Counted from the stretch's first letter, positions 9,266 through 19,425 are shown. The stretch: DNA of 64,000 bases from an uncultured bacterium (GCA_900313115.1 OMPX01000053.1:568-64567), one strand, 5' to 3'. A program made the numbers and translations. Notes: generated from the letters alone by a model not told the origin.

Positions 9266-10925
9266 ATGCCATTTTGTTTAATAATTTTGTAAGTAATACT
9301 GAAATATAGCAAGGTGCAAGATTTGAAAAGTCAAATACAAACTCGTTTATTCCTGCATTAATATAGGTGTCAAGATTATCAAAATCTTGCAGAACCTGAT
9401 CTTCAAACATGTGCATTCTGCAAAAACCATCGCAAGTAAACGGTATAATCTTTTTTAAAGACGGATCTTTGAGTGCAAAATTCCCTGTATGACAAGGTGC
9501 AGGGCATCTTAGCCTTGAAATTATTGCGCTGTCGTTGTTTAGAGGGCAAAGTCCTAAAGATGGAATTTTTTTATTTCCCGCAATTGTTAATTTCCGCTCC
9601 GGAATATTATTTTTTAGAGCTTTTAGAGTTTTTAAAATATTTTCAACTTTTTCAAATGACGTAAAATCAATTGATTCAATCGGGTGAAGTTGATTTAGGC
9701 AATTGATTGACATACTGTTAAGCAAATCTATCCCCTGACCGATTTCAATAGGTATATCAGCCAAATCCGGATCATTTATCACTGCCCAAAAATATCCGAT
9801 ATTATTGATAATTAATAAATCAGGTTTTGGGTCAAGCAGAATTAAGCTTTTACTGTATTCATAAACTCTGTCAAAATCTCTTTCAATAAGTATTCTCGGG
9901 GTAGAAAGATGAAATTTTACACCACTTGATGCACAAAAACGCTTAACTTTATCTATTATTTCACTGTAACTGCTTGTTGATAAGTCTTTTGTTGAAAGTA
10001 ATTCTCCGTATTCAATTGAGTAAATCGGGTTATATCTTAATCTTTTCAGATATCGTTTTAGTCGATTTATGTGTTCTAATCTTGATAATCTTAAATTTAT
10101 TCTTGGCAGAGGTAAATCATTGTTTTTAATCCGTTCTAAAACTTCAGGTTTTATACGAGAACGTGTGACTGACCATTCGTGTTTTAGTATATGTCTGCTG
10201 AATTTGAAATCTTTTCCGTCAGTGCTAATCATTTCGCCGGAGAAATGATTTGTTTGATAAATACTTTTCCTTACGTGCTTGAACGGTAGTTTTTGATTTT
10301 TAAACATTTTAGGCTTATCGAGAATTTTTTCAACAAGTTCAATACCTTCCAATATATCATCCGAAGTTTCAAACTTACCTTTTATTACAACATTATCAAT
10401 AGCCCCAAGTGCTTGAATATCTTCCGCACACCAAGGTAAATTATCAGAATCTATTGCTAAGGATAAATTTGTGTATTTTTTTATTTTTGCAATATTTTTC
10501 ATATAGATTTCTTCCGTAATAATTATTTGATCAATTTTATGGAAGTTGTTAAGAAAATCTATACCTTGCAGATTGTGAATATCAAAGTAAGAATCTGCAA
10601 TAACTTTAAATGGAAGTTTAAAACATTTTATCCCTTCTATGATTGCAAAACTATTGATAAAAATACCATCAATTTTGGTTGTTTTAAGATATTTTATAAA
10701 TTTCTTTATTTCTTTCAGGTCTTCTTCCGAAATATTGTGTTTGAAGTTAAGATAGATTCGTGAGTTATTTTTGTGAGCCTCTTCAATAAATTCATTAACA
10801 TATTCAAAATTGTTGTTAAGAAATTTATGATGATAAACATAGAAATCACGGCATTTTACGTGAGGAATAAAGGCTTTTATATCCTCAGGTTTTTTAATAG
10901 GTGCAATAACTTCAATCTCTTTCAT
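9264..10925 (-). CDS. peptidase U32-like family protein (distant, two-lobed)
   Basis: The N-terminus (IEVIAPIKKPEDIKAF...IYLNF...IDGIFINS) resembles the U32 barrel and a similar second half follows. C-terminal Cys cluster LCP...RCPAPCH...CDGFC. Confidence 0.5.
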   Translation of the reverse strand: MKEIEVIAPIKKPEDIKAFIPHVKCRDFYVYHHKFLNNNFEYVNEFIEEAHKNNSRIYLNFKHNISEEDLKEIKKFIKYLKTTKIDGIFINSFAIIEGIKCFKLPFKVIADSYFDIHNLQGIDFLNNFHKIDQIIITEEIYMKNIAKIKKYTNLSLAIDSDNLPWCAEDIQALGAIDNVVIKGKFETSDDILEGIELVEKILDKPKMFKNQKLPFKHVRKSIYQTNHFSGEMISTDGKDFKFSRHILKHEWSVTRSRIKPEVLERIKNNDLPLPRINLRLSRLEHINRLKRYLKRLRYNPIYSIEYGELLSTKDLSTSSYSEIIDKVKRFCASSGVKFHLSTPRILIERDFDRVYEYSKSLILLDPKPDLLIINNIGYFWAVINDPDLADIPIEIGQGIDLLNSMSINCLNQLHPIESIDFTSFEKVENILKTLKALKNNIPERKLTIAGNKKIPSLGLCPLNNDSAIISRLRCPAPCHTGNFALKDPSLKKIIPFTCDGFCRMHMFEDQVLQDFDNLDTYINAGINEFVFDFSNLAPCYISVLLTKLLNKMA

Positions 10926-10961
10926 ATTTAGTATTTTACTAAATTATTCCTCAGTTCGCAA

Positions 10962-12257
10962 CTAGAAAACAAATTTATCATAAATAGCATCAACATTTCT
11001 CAGATATTCATTTTGTTGAAAACAGTCATCTAAATCATCAGTTGATAAAACCTCTAATACGTCATCATCGTGTTCAAGATTATATCTAAAGTTTCCATCG
11101 TTTTCAAAAGCATCAAGAGCATTTTTTTGTACTATTCTGTATGCCTCTTCTCTTGTCAGGCCATTTTCTATTAAAGCTAAAAGTATTTTTTGGGAATAAA
11201 CAATACCGCCAAACAAGTTTGTGTTCTTTTTCATGTTATTTTCTTTAACAACTAGATTAGATAAGACATTATTTAGCCTATTAAGCATAAAGTCAATGAG
11301 AGTGAGAGAATCAGGAAAAATAATTCTTTCTGCCGAACTGTGTGAAATATCTCTTTCGTGCCATAAAACAACATTTTCCATTGCTGTATTGACGTTGTTT
11401 CTGACGACACGGGCAAGACCGCATAAGTTTTCTGAAAGAACTGGATTCTTTTTGTGCGGCATAGCTGATGAGCCCTTTTGATTCTTTGAGAATCCTTCTT
11501 CAACCTCTCTGACTTCTGTTCTTTGCAGGTGTCTTATTTCTGTAGCAATTTGCTCAATTACAGATGCTATAAGCCCTAAACTTTGCATAAATCTGGCATG
11601 ATAATCTCTTGCTATAATTTGAGTCGAAATTCTTGCAGGTTTAAGCCCGAGATTTTCGCAAACTATTGGTTCCAGTTCAATCGGAAGATTACTGTATGTT
11701 CCGACAGGACCTGATATTTGCCCTACTCTTATTTCTTCTGCTGAATCAACAAAGTTTTTATAAACACGTTCGAGCATATCATATATATTTAGCAGTTTTA
11801 GCCCAAAAGTCGTTATTTCAGCGTGTATACCGTGAGAACGCCCGATACAGGCAGTGTATTTGTATCTTTGCGCCATTATTCTGACTGTTTCAAGAAGTGT
11901 GTCAAAATCATCTCTGATAATTTCAGAACTATCTTGAATTTGCAGGGCAAAAGCAGTATCTATTACATCAGAACTTGTCATTCCGACATGCATGTATCTT
12001 GATAGCTTAGGACCGAGTGATTCATTTACACAGGTCAAAAATGCTATTACATCGTGATGTACTTCTGCTTCAATTTTATCAATTCGCTCTATAGAGAACT
12101 TTGCTTTTTTGCGTACTTTTTCTATTTCATCTTTGGGGAAATGACCTAATTGGGCATATCCGTCACAGACTGCAAGCTCTACTTTTAAATAATATTCAAA
12201 TTTTGAATTTAAGTCCCAAATTTTTGCCATTTCGGGACGAGAATATCTGTCTATCAT
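10962..12257 (-). CDS. purB: adenylosuccinate lyase
   Basis: MIDRYSRPEM start and the fumarate-lyase signature GSSAMPHKKNP. Confidence 0.97.
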   Translation of the reverse strand: MIDRYSRPEMAKIWDLNSKFEYYLKVELAVCDGYAQLGHFPKDEIEKVRKKAKFSIERIDKIEAEVHHDVIAFLTCVNESLGPKLSRYMHVGMTSSDVIDTAFALQIQDSSEIIRDDFDTLLETVRIMAQRYKYTACIGRSHGIHAEITTFGLKLLNIYDMLERVYKNFVDSAEEIRVGQISGPVGTYSNLPIELEPIVCENLGLKPARISTQIIARDYHARFMQSLGLIASVIEQIATEIRHLQRTEVREVEEGFSKNQKGSSAMPHKKNPVLSENLCGLARVVRNNVNTAMENVVLWHERDISHSSAERIIFPDSLTLIDFMLNRLNNVLSNLVVKENNMKKNTNLFGGIVYSQKILLALIENGLTREEAYRIVQKNALDAFENDGNFRYNLEHDDDVLEVLSTDDLDDCFQQNEYLRNVDAIYDKFVF

Positions 12258-12274
12258 AAGATAATTGTATAATT

Positions 12275-12309
12275 AATAGTGAATAGTGAATAGTAGATAA
12301 TGAATAGTG
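12275..12309. repeat. tandem heptamer array (AATAGTG x5, two units degenerate) in the purB leader
   Basis: AATAGTG AATAGTG AATAGTA GATAATG AATAGTG read directly, 18-52 nt upstream of the purB ATG. Confidence 0.9.
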
Positions 12310-12384
12310 TTTAATAAAATTTACAATTTACTCAGATTGACAATTCAAACAGGTTTGGCAAAACAACATATATAGTTACCAAAA

Positions 12385-12855
12385 TTATTTATGATAAGTC
12401 TCATTATTTAGAATTTTAAAGGCTCTATATATTTGTTCAATAAGTATAAGTCTTGTAAATTGGTGCAAAAAAGTCATTTTAGATAAACTAAGCTTAAAAT
12501 TTGCTCTTTTAGAGACCAAACTTGATAGTCCGCAAGAAGAACCAATTACAAACACAAGTTCAGAAACACCGTCATTTGTTATCTCAAATATTTTTTGAGA
12601 AAATTCTTCTGAAGAAAGTTGTTTTCCTTTTATTTCCATCGTTATAACAAAATCTGTCGGTTTAATTAATGATAATATTTTTTCGCCTTCCTGATCAAGA
12701 ATTTTTTCCGTAAGATTTTCATCTCGAATTTCTATTGGCTGAAGCTCAGCAATTTCTACGGCTGCATATGGCGTTAGTCGTTTTAAAAACTCATCAATAC
12801 CGTCTTTAAGAAATTTATCTTTAATCTTACCTAAGGCTACAATCTTAATTTTCAT
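12385..12855 (-). CDS. rlmH: 23S rRNA (pseudouridine1915-N3)-methyltransferase
   Basis: 156-aa SPOUT protein, MKIKIVALGK...EQIYRAFKILNNETYHK. Confidence 0.95.
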   Translation of the reverse strand: MKIKIVALGKIKDKFLKDGIDEFLKRLTPYAAVEIAELQPIEIRDENLTEKILDQEGEKILSLIKPTDFVITMEIKGKQLSSEEFSQKIFEITNDGVSELVFVIGSSCGLSSLVSKRANFKLSLSKMTFLHQFTRLILIEQIYRAFKILNNETYHK

Positions 12856-13684
12856 CTTTTCTCACATATATTGTTCTGGATGGGAATGCAAAACCTAATC
12901 CGTTTTCTCTAAAACGTCTTAGAACATTTTTGTATAATCTGTCTTTTATAGCAAGAAATTTCATCCAATCATTAGTTGTTGTGTTTGCAATAAGTTGAAG
13001 TTTTATTGCATTTTCGCCTAATGCTGATATCCTTGCAATATAATTTTTTTGAATATCCTCATCATTTTGTGCTATATCCCTTAAAATAGATAAACCTTCT
13101 TCAATTTTTTCATCTGATGTATCATATTCGACATCAAATGTTTCAATAAGTCTGAAGAATTCCGATTCACTTCTGTTGTGAACAATTGTATCGGCAGTGA
13201 TATTATTTGGGATGGTAATCAGTGTATTAGCGATAGTTCTTATTTTTGTAGAACGAAAATTAACTGTTTCAACAATACCTTCAACATCGTTAATTGATAC
13301 ATAATCGCCAATTTTATAGACTCTATCTGTCATAATAGATATTGAACCGAGAACACTCGCAAGCATTTCTTTTGCTGCTAAACCAACTGCCAAACCGGTT
13401 ATTCCCAAACCTGTTATCAGAGATGTTAAAGAATATCCTCTACATTGAAGGAATGAACCTAAAATAAGTATGACAACGATTACTTTTATAAACTTTGTCA
13501 TAAATAATAATAAATTTAAAAGACTTGTATTATTTGAATTATCATATATTTTTTGTTTTATATTTACTACCGCATTATCGATTATATACATTACTACTAC
13601 CAATAGCGCAAAATGAATCGCAATTTGCGACAATAAATCCGAATTATTTTGAAAAAAATCTCCTATTTTTATAAGAAACTTCAT
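12845..13684 (-). CDS. mechanosensitive ion channel (MscS family)
   Basis: Three N-terminal TM helices and the MscS beta-domain IGDYVSINDVEGIVETVNFRSTKIRT. Confidence 0.9.
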   Translation of the reverse strand: MKFLIKIGDFFQNNSDLLSQIAIHFALLVVVMYIIDNAVVNIKQKIYDNSNNTSLLNLLLFMTKFIKVIVVILILGSFLQCRGYSLTSLITGLGITGLAVGLAAKEMLASVLGSISIMTDRVYKIGDYVSINDVEGIVETVNFRSTKIRTIANTLITIPNNITADTIVHNRSESEFFRLIETFDVEYDTSDEKIEEGLSILRDIAQNDEDIQKNYIARISALGENAIKLQLIANTTTNDWMKFLAIKDRLYKNVLRRFRENGLGFAFPSRTIYVRKDEN

Positions 13685-13826
13685 TGTAATCTCCTTATAT
13701 CAACTATACTAATTTAATCATAATTAAATTTATATAGCAAATTTAATAATTAAACGGATTGATAATATATAGTTATACCAACAAATCATAATTCTTACTC
13801 ACCGTTTACTGATAAAATTTTACAAA

Positions 13827-15860
13827 TTATAATTTTATACAAGTAATCAATATTTTTTTAATATCATCCACTTCTGTACCTTTGTAATTAATGTGAGATG
13901 ACGTTATTGGTTGTTTGTAATCATATTTATTAATAGAACGTGACTCAACAATAACAGATGGCGGAAGAATTGACCATTTATACAATGATGTTGACATCCT
14001 TCTGTAGAATTTATCTAACCACTCTGTTTTTTGTTCCTTAGTAACTTCGTTATTTTTCTCATATAAAAACTTAGAGTCAATCATATCCTGATAATATTCG
14101 TGTTTGTTTTCAATTCTCCAAATCACTTCGTCTAAAAATTCATACGGCATAAGAGCATCTTCTGCAATCAAAGGTTTTCCTGTTCTTTCATCAATCGCAA
14201 GTTCTGCCCCCGGACGTTTTAGAATAATAGCTTCAGGTATAGCATTTTTCACTTCTCTATTTTTATTCAACCATCTTGCAAAAGCGAACAACTTCGTTTT
14301 TGGCACATCCGCAATTGGTGCAAATCCGCCTGACATATCACCATTAATGGTTGCATACCCCATATATAATTCTGATTTGTCGGAAGTTGCAATAGGAACA
14401 CAGCTTGCAAATTCATTCGCTATGCCCCAAAGATACATTGCTCTTGAACGAGCTTGAATATTATCTTGAGTAAAAGATTTTTTATAACGGCAATCCCACT
14501 TAGATTCAACCTGTTCAAATAAATTATTAAACATTCTGTTCGTTGTATCTACCATATCTTTTATCGGCATTTCCGCAAAATTAATTCCCAAATTTTCTGC
14601 AAGTTGTTCAGCATCACTCCTGCTTTCTTTGCTTGTAATTTTAGATGGCATACTTACACCAAAAACATTTTCTTTACCTAATGCATCAGCAAGCAAAACG
14701 GCACACACGGTAGAATCAAGCCCGCCAGACAGTCCAAGACAAGCTCTTTTTAAACCATTTTTACTAAAATAATCACGAATACCCTGCGTAATTGTTTTAT
14801 ATGTTCTTTCTAAATCATTCTCATAGTCAAGTGTAAAGACTTTTTCTTCCGTTAAAGATTTTTCAAGACCTTTAGTCAAAGGATAAACTTTACCTACAGC
14901 TTGAAGAGGATTAACAATTAAGAATTGTTCTTCAAAAGATTTAGCTCTTGCTAAAAGCTTGCCGTCCCTGTCAAAAACCCTGCTTGAACCGTCAAAGGAA
15001 CTATTATCAACAGCACCTACCTGATTAACATAAACCATTGGAGTTTTATAATTTTCTGAAATAAATGCCAACATATTATGTTTTAACTGTTCTTTTTTAG
15101 CCCTGCTTGGAGAGGCTGAACAGTTCACAAATACATTTGGCTTTTCTTTTGATAACACATCAATAGGATCAATATTATACATATTTGACGAGAAAAATGC
15201 TCTGTTATTCCAACAATCTTCACAGATTGAAAAACCGTATTTTAAACCGCCAATAACATTGGTTTTAGGACAATCTTTAATATTTTCCTCATCGAACAAT
15301 GCCAATGTTTCAGACGGTTGTGAACCAATCACGGGAGACGGTTCGATATATCTGTAGTCATTAAATTCAGAATAATTCGGAAGCAAAGATTTCCTGATTA
15401 TATGCTGAATTTTTCCGTCATACATAACAGCTAAAGAATTATAATATTTCTTACCTGTATTATATTTACCCCTTCTTGGTTCAACAAAACCAACAACTGC
15501 TGCAGTTGTCGTTGTGAGTTTTGCTATTTCTTTTAACCATTTGAGATTTTCTTCTACAATAATCGGATGCCTGTCTATTGTATCTTCTATCGGATAACCC
15601 ATAATTGCAAGTTCAGGAAACACAACCATATCCAAATCTAAAGCTGTTGCATAGGCTATATATTTCATTATTTTTTTTGAATTATATTCTATATCGCCGA
15701 CAATCGGATTCAATTGCGCTAACCCCAAAGAACCCTGTTTGAATGAAGAAACAATTTCTTTTAATTCAACAATAATATCTTTTAAATTGCTATTGCTATC
15801 TTTATCCTGTAAAATTAAATCGGCAATCTCTGATAATTCATACAATCTTTTTGTGTTCAT
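13827..15860 (-). CDS. nadE: glutamine-dependent NAD+ synthetase
   Basis: N-terminal CN-hydrolase domain (LAQLNPIVGDIEYN) plus a synthetase domain with the SGGLDS P-loop. About 40 aa of N-terminal extension. Confidence 0.93.
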   Translation of the reverse strand: MNTKRLYELSEIADLILQDKDSNSNLKDIIVELKEIVSSFKQGSLGLAQLNPIVGDIEYNSKKIMKYIAYATALDLDMVVFPELAIMGYPIEDTIDRHPIIVEENLKWLKEIAKLTTTTAAVVGFVEPRRGKYNTGKKYYNSLAVMYDGKIQHIIRKSLLPNYSEFNDYRYIEPSPVIGSQPSETLALFDEENIKDCPKTNVIGGLKYGFSICEDCWNNRAFFSSNMYNIDPIDVLSKEKPNVFVNCSASPSRAKKEQLKHNMLAFISENYKTPMVYVNQVGAVDNSSFDGSSRVFDRDGKLLARAKSFEEQFLIVNPLQAVGKVYPLTKGLEKSLTEEKVFTLDYENDLERTYKTITQGIRDYFSKNGLKRACLGLSGGLDSTVCAVLLADALGKENVFGVSMPSKITSKESRSDAEQLAENLGINFAEMPIKDMVDTTNRMFNNLFEQVESKWDCRYKKSFTQDNIQARSRAMYLWGIANEFASCVPIATSDKSELYMGYATINGDMSGGFAPIADVPKTKLFAFARWLNKNREVKNAIPEAIILKRPGAELAIDERTGKPLIAEDALMPYEFLDEVIWRIENKHEYYQDMIDSKFLYEKNNEVTKEQKTEWLDKFYRRMSTSLYKWSILPPSVIVESRSINKYDYKQPITSSHINYKGTEVDDIKKILITCIKL

Positions 15861-15982
15861 ATATTATATATATCATAAAAAAAGTTATATTATATTAACT
15901 TATGTAACGCAAAATAAAATTAAAACGCAAAAAAGTTTTTTATGATACTTATAAACAACGTAACAATTTCAAAGGTGAGTTT

Positions 15983-16777
15983 ATGAGTGTAGGCATAAAC
16001 GATAACATATCAAAAATTTATCAAGCACAACAAACTGTAAGACAAACAACATCCAATCAGACTGCTGTTGCCAATAGTTTTTCTGCGCAAAATAAAAAAT
16101 CAGAAAAATTAAAAAAGATTGGTATTGGCGTCTGTGCCGCACTTGGTGTTGCTGCAAGTTTAGCAGTTTTGGCAAAGTTTGATAAATCAAAATCTTACAC
16201 AATAAATCCTTTGAAAATGTTTAGGGGTAAGTTAAAAGACTCCTATATATTTAGCACGGAATATAAAACCAAAGAAATCGTTACAATAGGCTCCGGTTCA
16301 ATCATTGGAGGTTTAATTGGCGGAACGGTTCTCGGAAATAAAAAAGATTTTAAATCAAAGCTCAGAGAAGGTATCGTTCAAATAGCTAATATAACATTTC
16401 CGATTGCATTGGTCGAAGCACTAAGTTCCGGAGGAACTGCACTGGCTGAAAAAACAATGCCAAATTGGTGTAACTCAAAAAATGTTGTCAAGCAAGCAGC
16501 AACAAAATTTCCTGCAGCCGCAGGCGCAATGATTGGTTTGCTCACAGGTATGTATATCGGAAATAAATTTTCAAACAAGTTAAATGAAAAAATATTCCAT
16601 AAAAAAGAAAACAGACCAATCGCATACACCGATTTTTCAGCACACGTGGATGATATCGGAGTTGCCGCAACATTTGTTGCCCCAAACAACTTCATAACAA
16701 AAACAATATCAAGACTAATTCCTCCCGCACTTATAGTTGCCGGCTATGAAACCGGAATCAAAAAAGAATCTGTCTAA
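15983..16777 (+). CDS. hypothetical multi-pass membrane protein
   Basis: SD AAAGGTGAG. Polar N-terminal 45 aa followed by several Gly/Ala-rich hydrophobic segments. No family recognised. Confidence 0.65.
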   Translation: MSVGINDNISKIYQAQQTVRQTTSNQTAVANSFSAQNKKSEKLKKIGIGVCAALGVAASLAVLAKFDKSKSYTINPLKMFRGKLKDSYIFSTEYKTKEIVTIGSGSIIGGLIGGTVLGNKKDFKSKLREGIVQIANITFPIALVEALSSGGTALAEKTMPNWCNSKNVVKQAATKFPAAAGAMIGLLTGMYIGNKFSNKLNEKIFHKKENRPIAYTDFSAHVDDIGVAATFVAPNNFITKTISRLIPPALIVAGYETGIKKESV

Positions 16778-16918
16778 AAAATATTCTTTTAAGTTTTATG
16801 AAAATTTATTAAGAACTAAACAAAAAGACTAGATTTCTAATATTTTAGTAGTACCATTAAGTTGGTATTAAGCCGAATTTAAACAACAGATAGTAGTAAA
16901 ACAAGAAAACACAATAGT

Positions 16919-18691
16919 ATGGGAAAGAAGACTATGAAAACAAATAAATTATTACTTTTGGCTGCAGCGCTTGTTTTAGCGGTTCCAACAATCGCAGAAG
17001 CAAATGCTCCTATAAATACAGAAGGAGCAGGAATTTATAATCCAATGACAAGACAACAGTTGATTGATATCAAGAAAGATAAAATCATCAATGAAACAAC
17101 AAATATCGAAGAAGATAAAATTGATGAAGCATTTGAAATGGATGTTCAAAAAGATTACTTTAAAGATGGTGTAATCTACAATCCGCAATTTCACGTAAGC
17201 GAAATTGTTTTCGAAGGAAATACAAAAGTTAAAGATGCATCACTTAACAAATTAGCTGATGGCGTTCTTGGTGAAGATATCTACTTTGAAGATCTTGTAA
17301 GACTGGCTCACAGAATTACAAAATATTATCAATCAAAAGGTTTCTTGACAAGTTACGCATTTATACCATCACAAAACATTAAAAATGGTGTTGTAACCAT
17401 TTGTATCATAGAAAGTAAAGTTGACAACATTGAAATTGAAGGAAACCGTTGGGCTCGTAAATGGTATCTAAAAAATATCGTTATGGGTAAAAAAGGTATC
17501 CGTGAAGGCGATGTATTCAACGCAAAAGCTCTACAAGGTGCATTAAGAGAAATAAATGAAGAAAACTATATAGAAGCTCAATCTGTAGTTTCTAAAAAAG
17601 ATGATAATACAGTTTTAAAACTTGATGTAAAAGACAGATTCCCATTAAAATTCGATTTTTCTTGGGATGATTACGGAAGAAAATACACAGGTGATCAAAG
17701 AGCATCATTCTTACTTGGCTTGGATAACGTAACAGGTATGGGTGACAAAATTTATGGCGGAACAATTCTTTCACGTCGTTCAACCGGTGTTTTAGCAGGC
17801 TATTCAATTCCTATCAGTCCGTACGGAACAAGATTATCATTTGACTTTTCTAACTCAAACATCAATCTTGGCGGTCCATACAAGGCTCTTAACGTAAAAG
17901 GTAAAGCAAGAAGTTTTGCTATAAGAATTTCTCATCCGCTGATTGAAACAGCAAAAACAAGTTTAGTTGCATATACAGGTATAGATTTTGTTAACGCAGA
18001 AACTGAATCAAGAGCATTAAATGCAAAACTATCTGATTACCATTTATACGTACTCAGATCAGGTTTCCACGGGATGACTGATGACAAATACGGCCGTTGG
18101 ATTGGTACATTAGGAGCTGATGTCGGTTTACCGGGGGCTTCAAATGAAGGTCACGGAGGTCCTCAAGGTGTATTCTTCAAATTTATCGCAGGCGCTACTC
18201 GTGTTCAAAGATTATTTGGAAGAACATTAGGTATCTTACGTGTTAACGGTCAATACTCTCCAAACAGACTATACACTGCAGAGCAAATGCAAATTGGCGG
18301 ACCATACACACTTAGAGGTTACCAACCTGCTGAACTTATCGGTGATTATGGTGTAACCGGTACTGTTGAAATCAGAACTCCAATTCCGGGGCTAAGACAC
18401 ATATTACCAAACAAACTTAAATTTATTGATGATAAAGTCAGACTTGCAGCATTTTATGATTTTGGCTGGGTAAAAGAACATAATCATTTGTATGATTACC
18501 CACAAAACTTCTTGCACAGTGTCGGCTTTGGTTCATACATTAGTTTAACAGATTGGATTTCATTACAATTTGGTGTAGGTATCCCTATAGGTAAGAAATA
18601 CTATGGTGAAAACAGTGCCAGATTCTACTTTGGCTTGAATTCAGAATTAGACAACTTAATTCCTAAGAAAAGCCATACCGAACAATTATAA
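16919..18691 (+). CDS. ShlB/FhaC/HecB-family (TpsB, Omp85 superfamily) outer membrane transporter
   Basis: Signal peptide ...AVPTIAEA, POTRA region (VSEIVFEGNTKV...) and beta-barrel with the conserved QIGGPYTLRGY motif. An alternative start is ATG 16934. Confidence 0.85.
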   Translation: MGKKTMKTNKLLLLAAALVLAVPTIAEANAPINTEGAGIYNPMTRQQLIDIKKDKIINETTNIEEDKIDEAFEMDVQKDYFKDGVIYNPQFHVSEIVFEGNTKVKDASLNKLADGVLGEDIYFEDLVRLAHRITKYYQSKGFLTSYAFIPSQNIKNGVVTICIIESKVDNIEIEGNRWARKWYLKNIVMGKKGIREGDVFNAKALQGALREINEENYIEAQSVVSKKDDNTVLKLDVKDRFPLKFDFSWDDYGRKYTGDQRASFLLGLDNVTGMGDKIYGGTILSRRSTGVLAGYSIPISPYGTRLSFDFSNSNINLGGPYKALNVKGKARSFAIRISHPLIETAKTSLVAYTGIDFVNAETESRALNAKLSDYHLYVLRSGFHGMTDDKYGRWIGTLGADVGLPGASNEGHGGPQGVFFKFIAGATRVQRLFGRTLGILRVNGQYSPNRLYTAEQMQIGGPYTLRGYQPAELIGDYGVTGTVEIRTPIPGLRHILPNKLKFIDDKVRLAAFYDFGWVKEHNHLYDYPQNFLHSVGFGSYISLTDWISLQFGVGIPIGKKYYGENSARFYFGLNSELDNLIPKKSHTEQL

Positions 18692-18792
18692 TTTGTAACA
18701 AATTGTAAACCATGTTCAAAAGACTAGCAAAATAAATTTTTACGAACATTAAAATACATGAAAGACATTTTAATAAAGGAGGAATATATAAA

Positions 18793-19122
18793 ATGGCAAT
18801 TGAAGCATTAAAAGCAATCGGAACAAAAATCGCAAGTAAAATAAGCGCACCTAAAGCTGAAAAAGCAGCTAGCGTAGCTATTAAAGATGGTGAAAAAATG
18901 ATGGCAGCAGGACAAGATGCAGCAGCTATTCAAGGTAAAGCAATGATTAAACCTTATGTAAAACCTGAAATGAAAACAACTAACATTAAAAAAGAAAACA
19001 TGTTAGCTGCATCAGGAGATCCTAATACAAACCCAACAGTTCAACCTTCTCCAGATATGCCTGGTGGTTCATTCGGAGCTAGATCTTCATCAAATGTTTG
19101 GGGCGATGTTTGGGGTGAATAA
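18793..19122 (+). CDS. hypothetical small Ala/Lys-rich protein
   Basis: Strong SD AAAGGAGG 9 nt upstream and a strong terminator downstream. No signal peptide. C-terminal VWGDVWGE is encoded by a 12-nt tandem duplication (19094-19117). Confidence 0.7.
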   Translation: MAIEALKAIGTKIASKISAPKAEKAASVAIKDGEKMMAAGQDAAAIQGKAMIKPYVKPEMKTTNIKKENMLAASGDPNTNPTVQPSPDMPGGSFGARSSSNVWGDVWGE

Positions 19123-19144
19123 TCACTCAACAAAATTTTAAATA

Positions 19145-19180
19145 AAAAAGAGGTACATTTGATTGATGTACCTCTTTTTT
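19145..19180. terminator. bidirectional intrinsic terminator
   Basis: GAGGTACAT / TTGATTG / ATGTACCTC stem-loop, with an A-run before and T6 after. Confidence 0.85.
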
Positions 19181-19194
19181 ATATTGTAAATTTA

Positions 19195-19425
19195 CTACTT
19201 TAATTTTCCCTTTATTGCCATAACAAGTCCTACAATACCAACAACACTCACACCAAATATATATGACATCTGTTTTAAACATTTACCATAATCAAATTCA
19301 AAACGATCATTCGAATTTTCAGGCAAAGGTTTTTGGACAGAACAACAATTTGCCGAGGATGAAAATTTAGGAATATTTTTAGTTAAATATGAACCATTCA
19401 CACAAGAATTAACTTTCATAAACAC
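19195..19425 (-). CDS. hypothetical small C-terminally anchored membrane protein
   Basis: 76-aa ORF with a single C-terminal TM (IFGVSVVGIVGLVMAI). No family recognised. Confidence 0.4.
   Translation of the reverse strand: MFMKVNSCVNGSYLTKNIPKFSSSANCCSVQKPLPENSNDRFEFDYGKCLKQMSYIFGVSVVGIVGLVMAIKGKLK

Noticed and set aside
16823-18727. Shared 10-mer AAAAGACTAG upstream of the TpsB gene (16823-16832) and of the 109-aa gene (18718-18727)
   Set aside because: An A-rich 10-mer in AT-rich intergenic DNA could recur by chance. There is no second conserved element and no consistent distance to the start codons.
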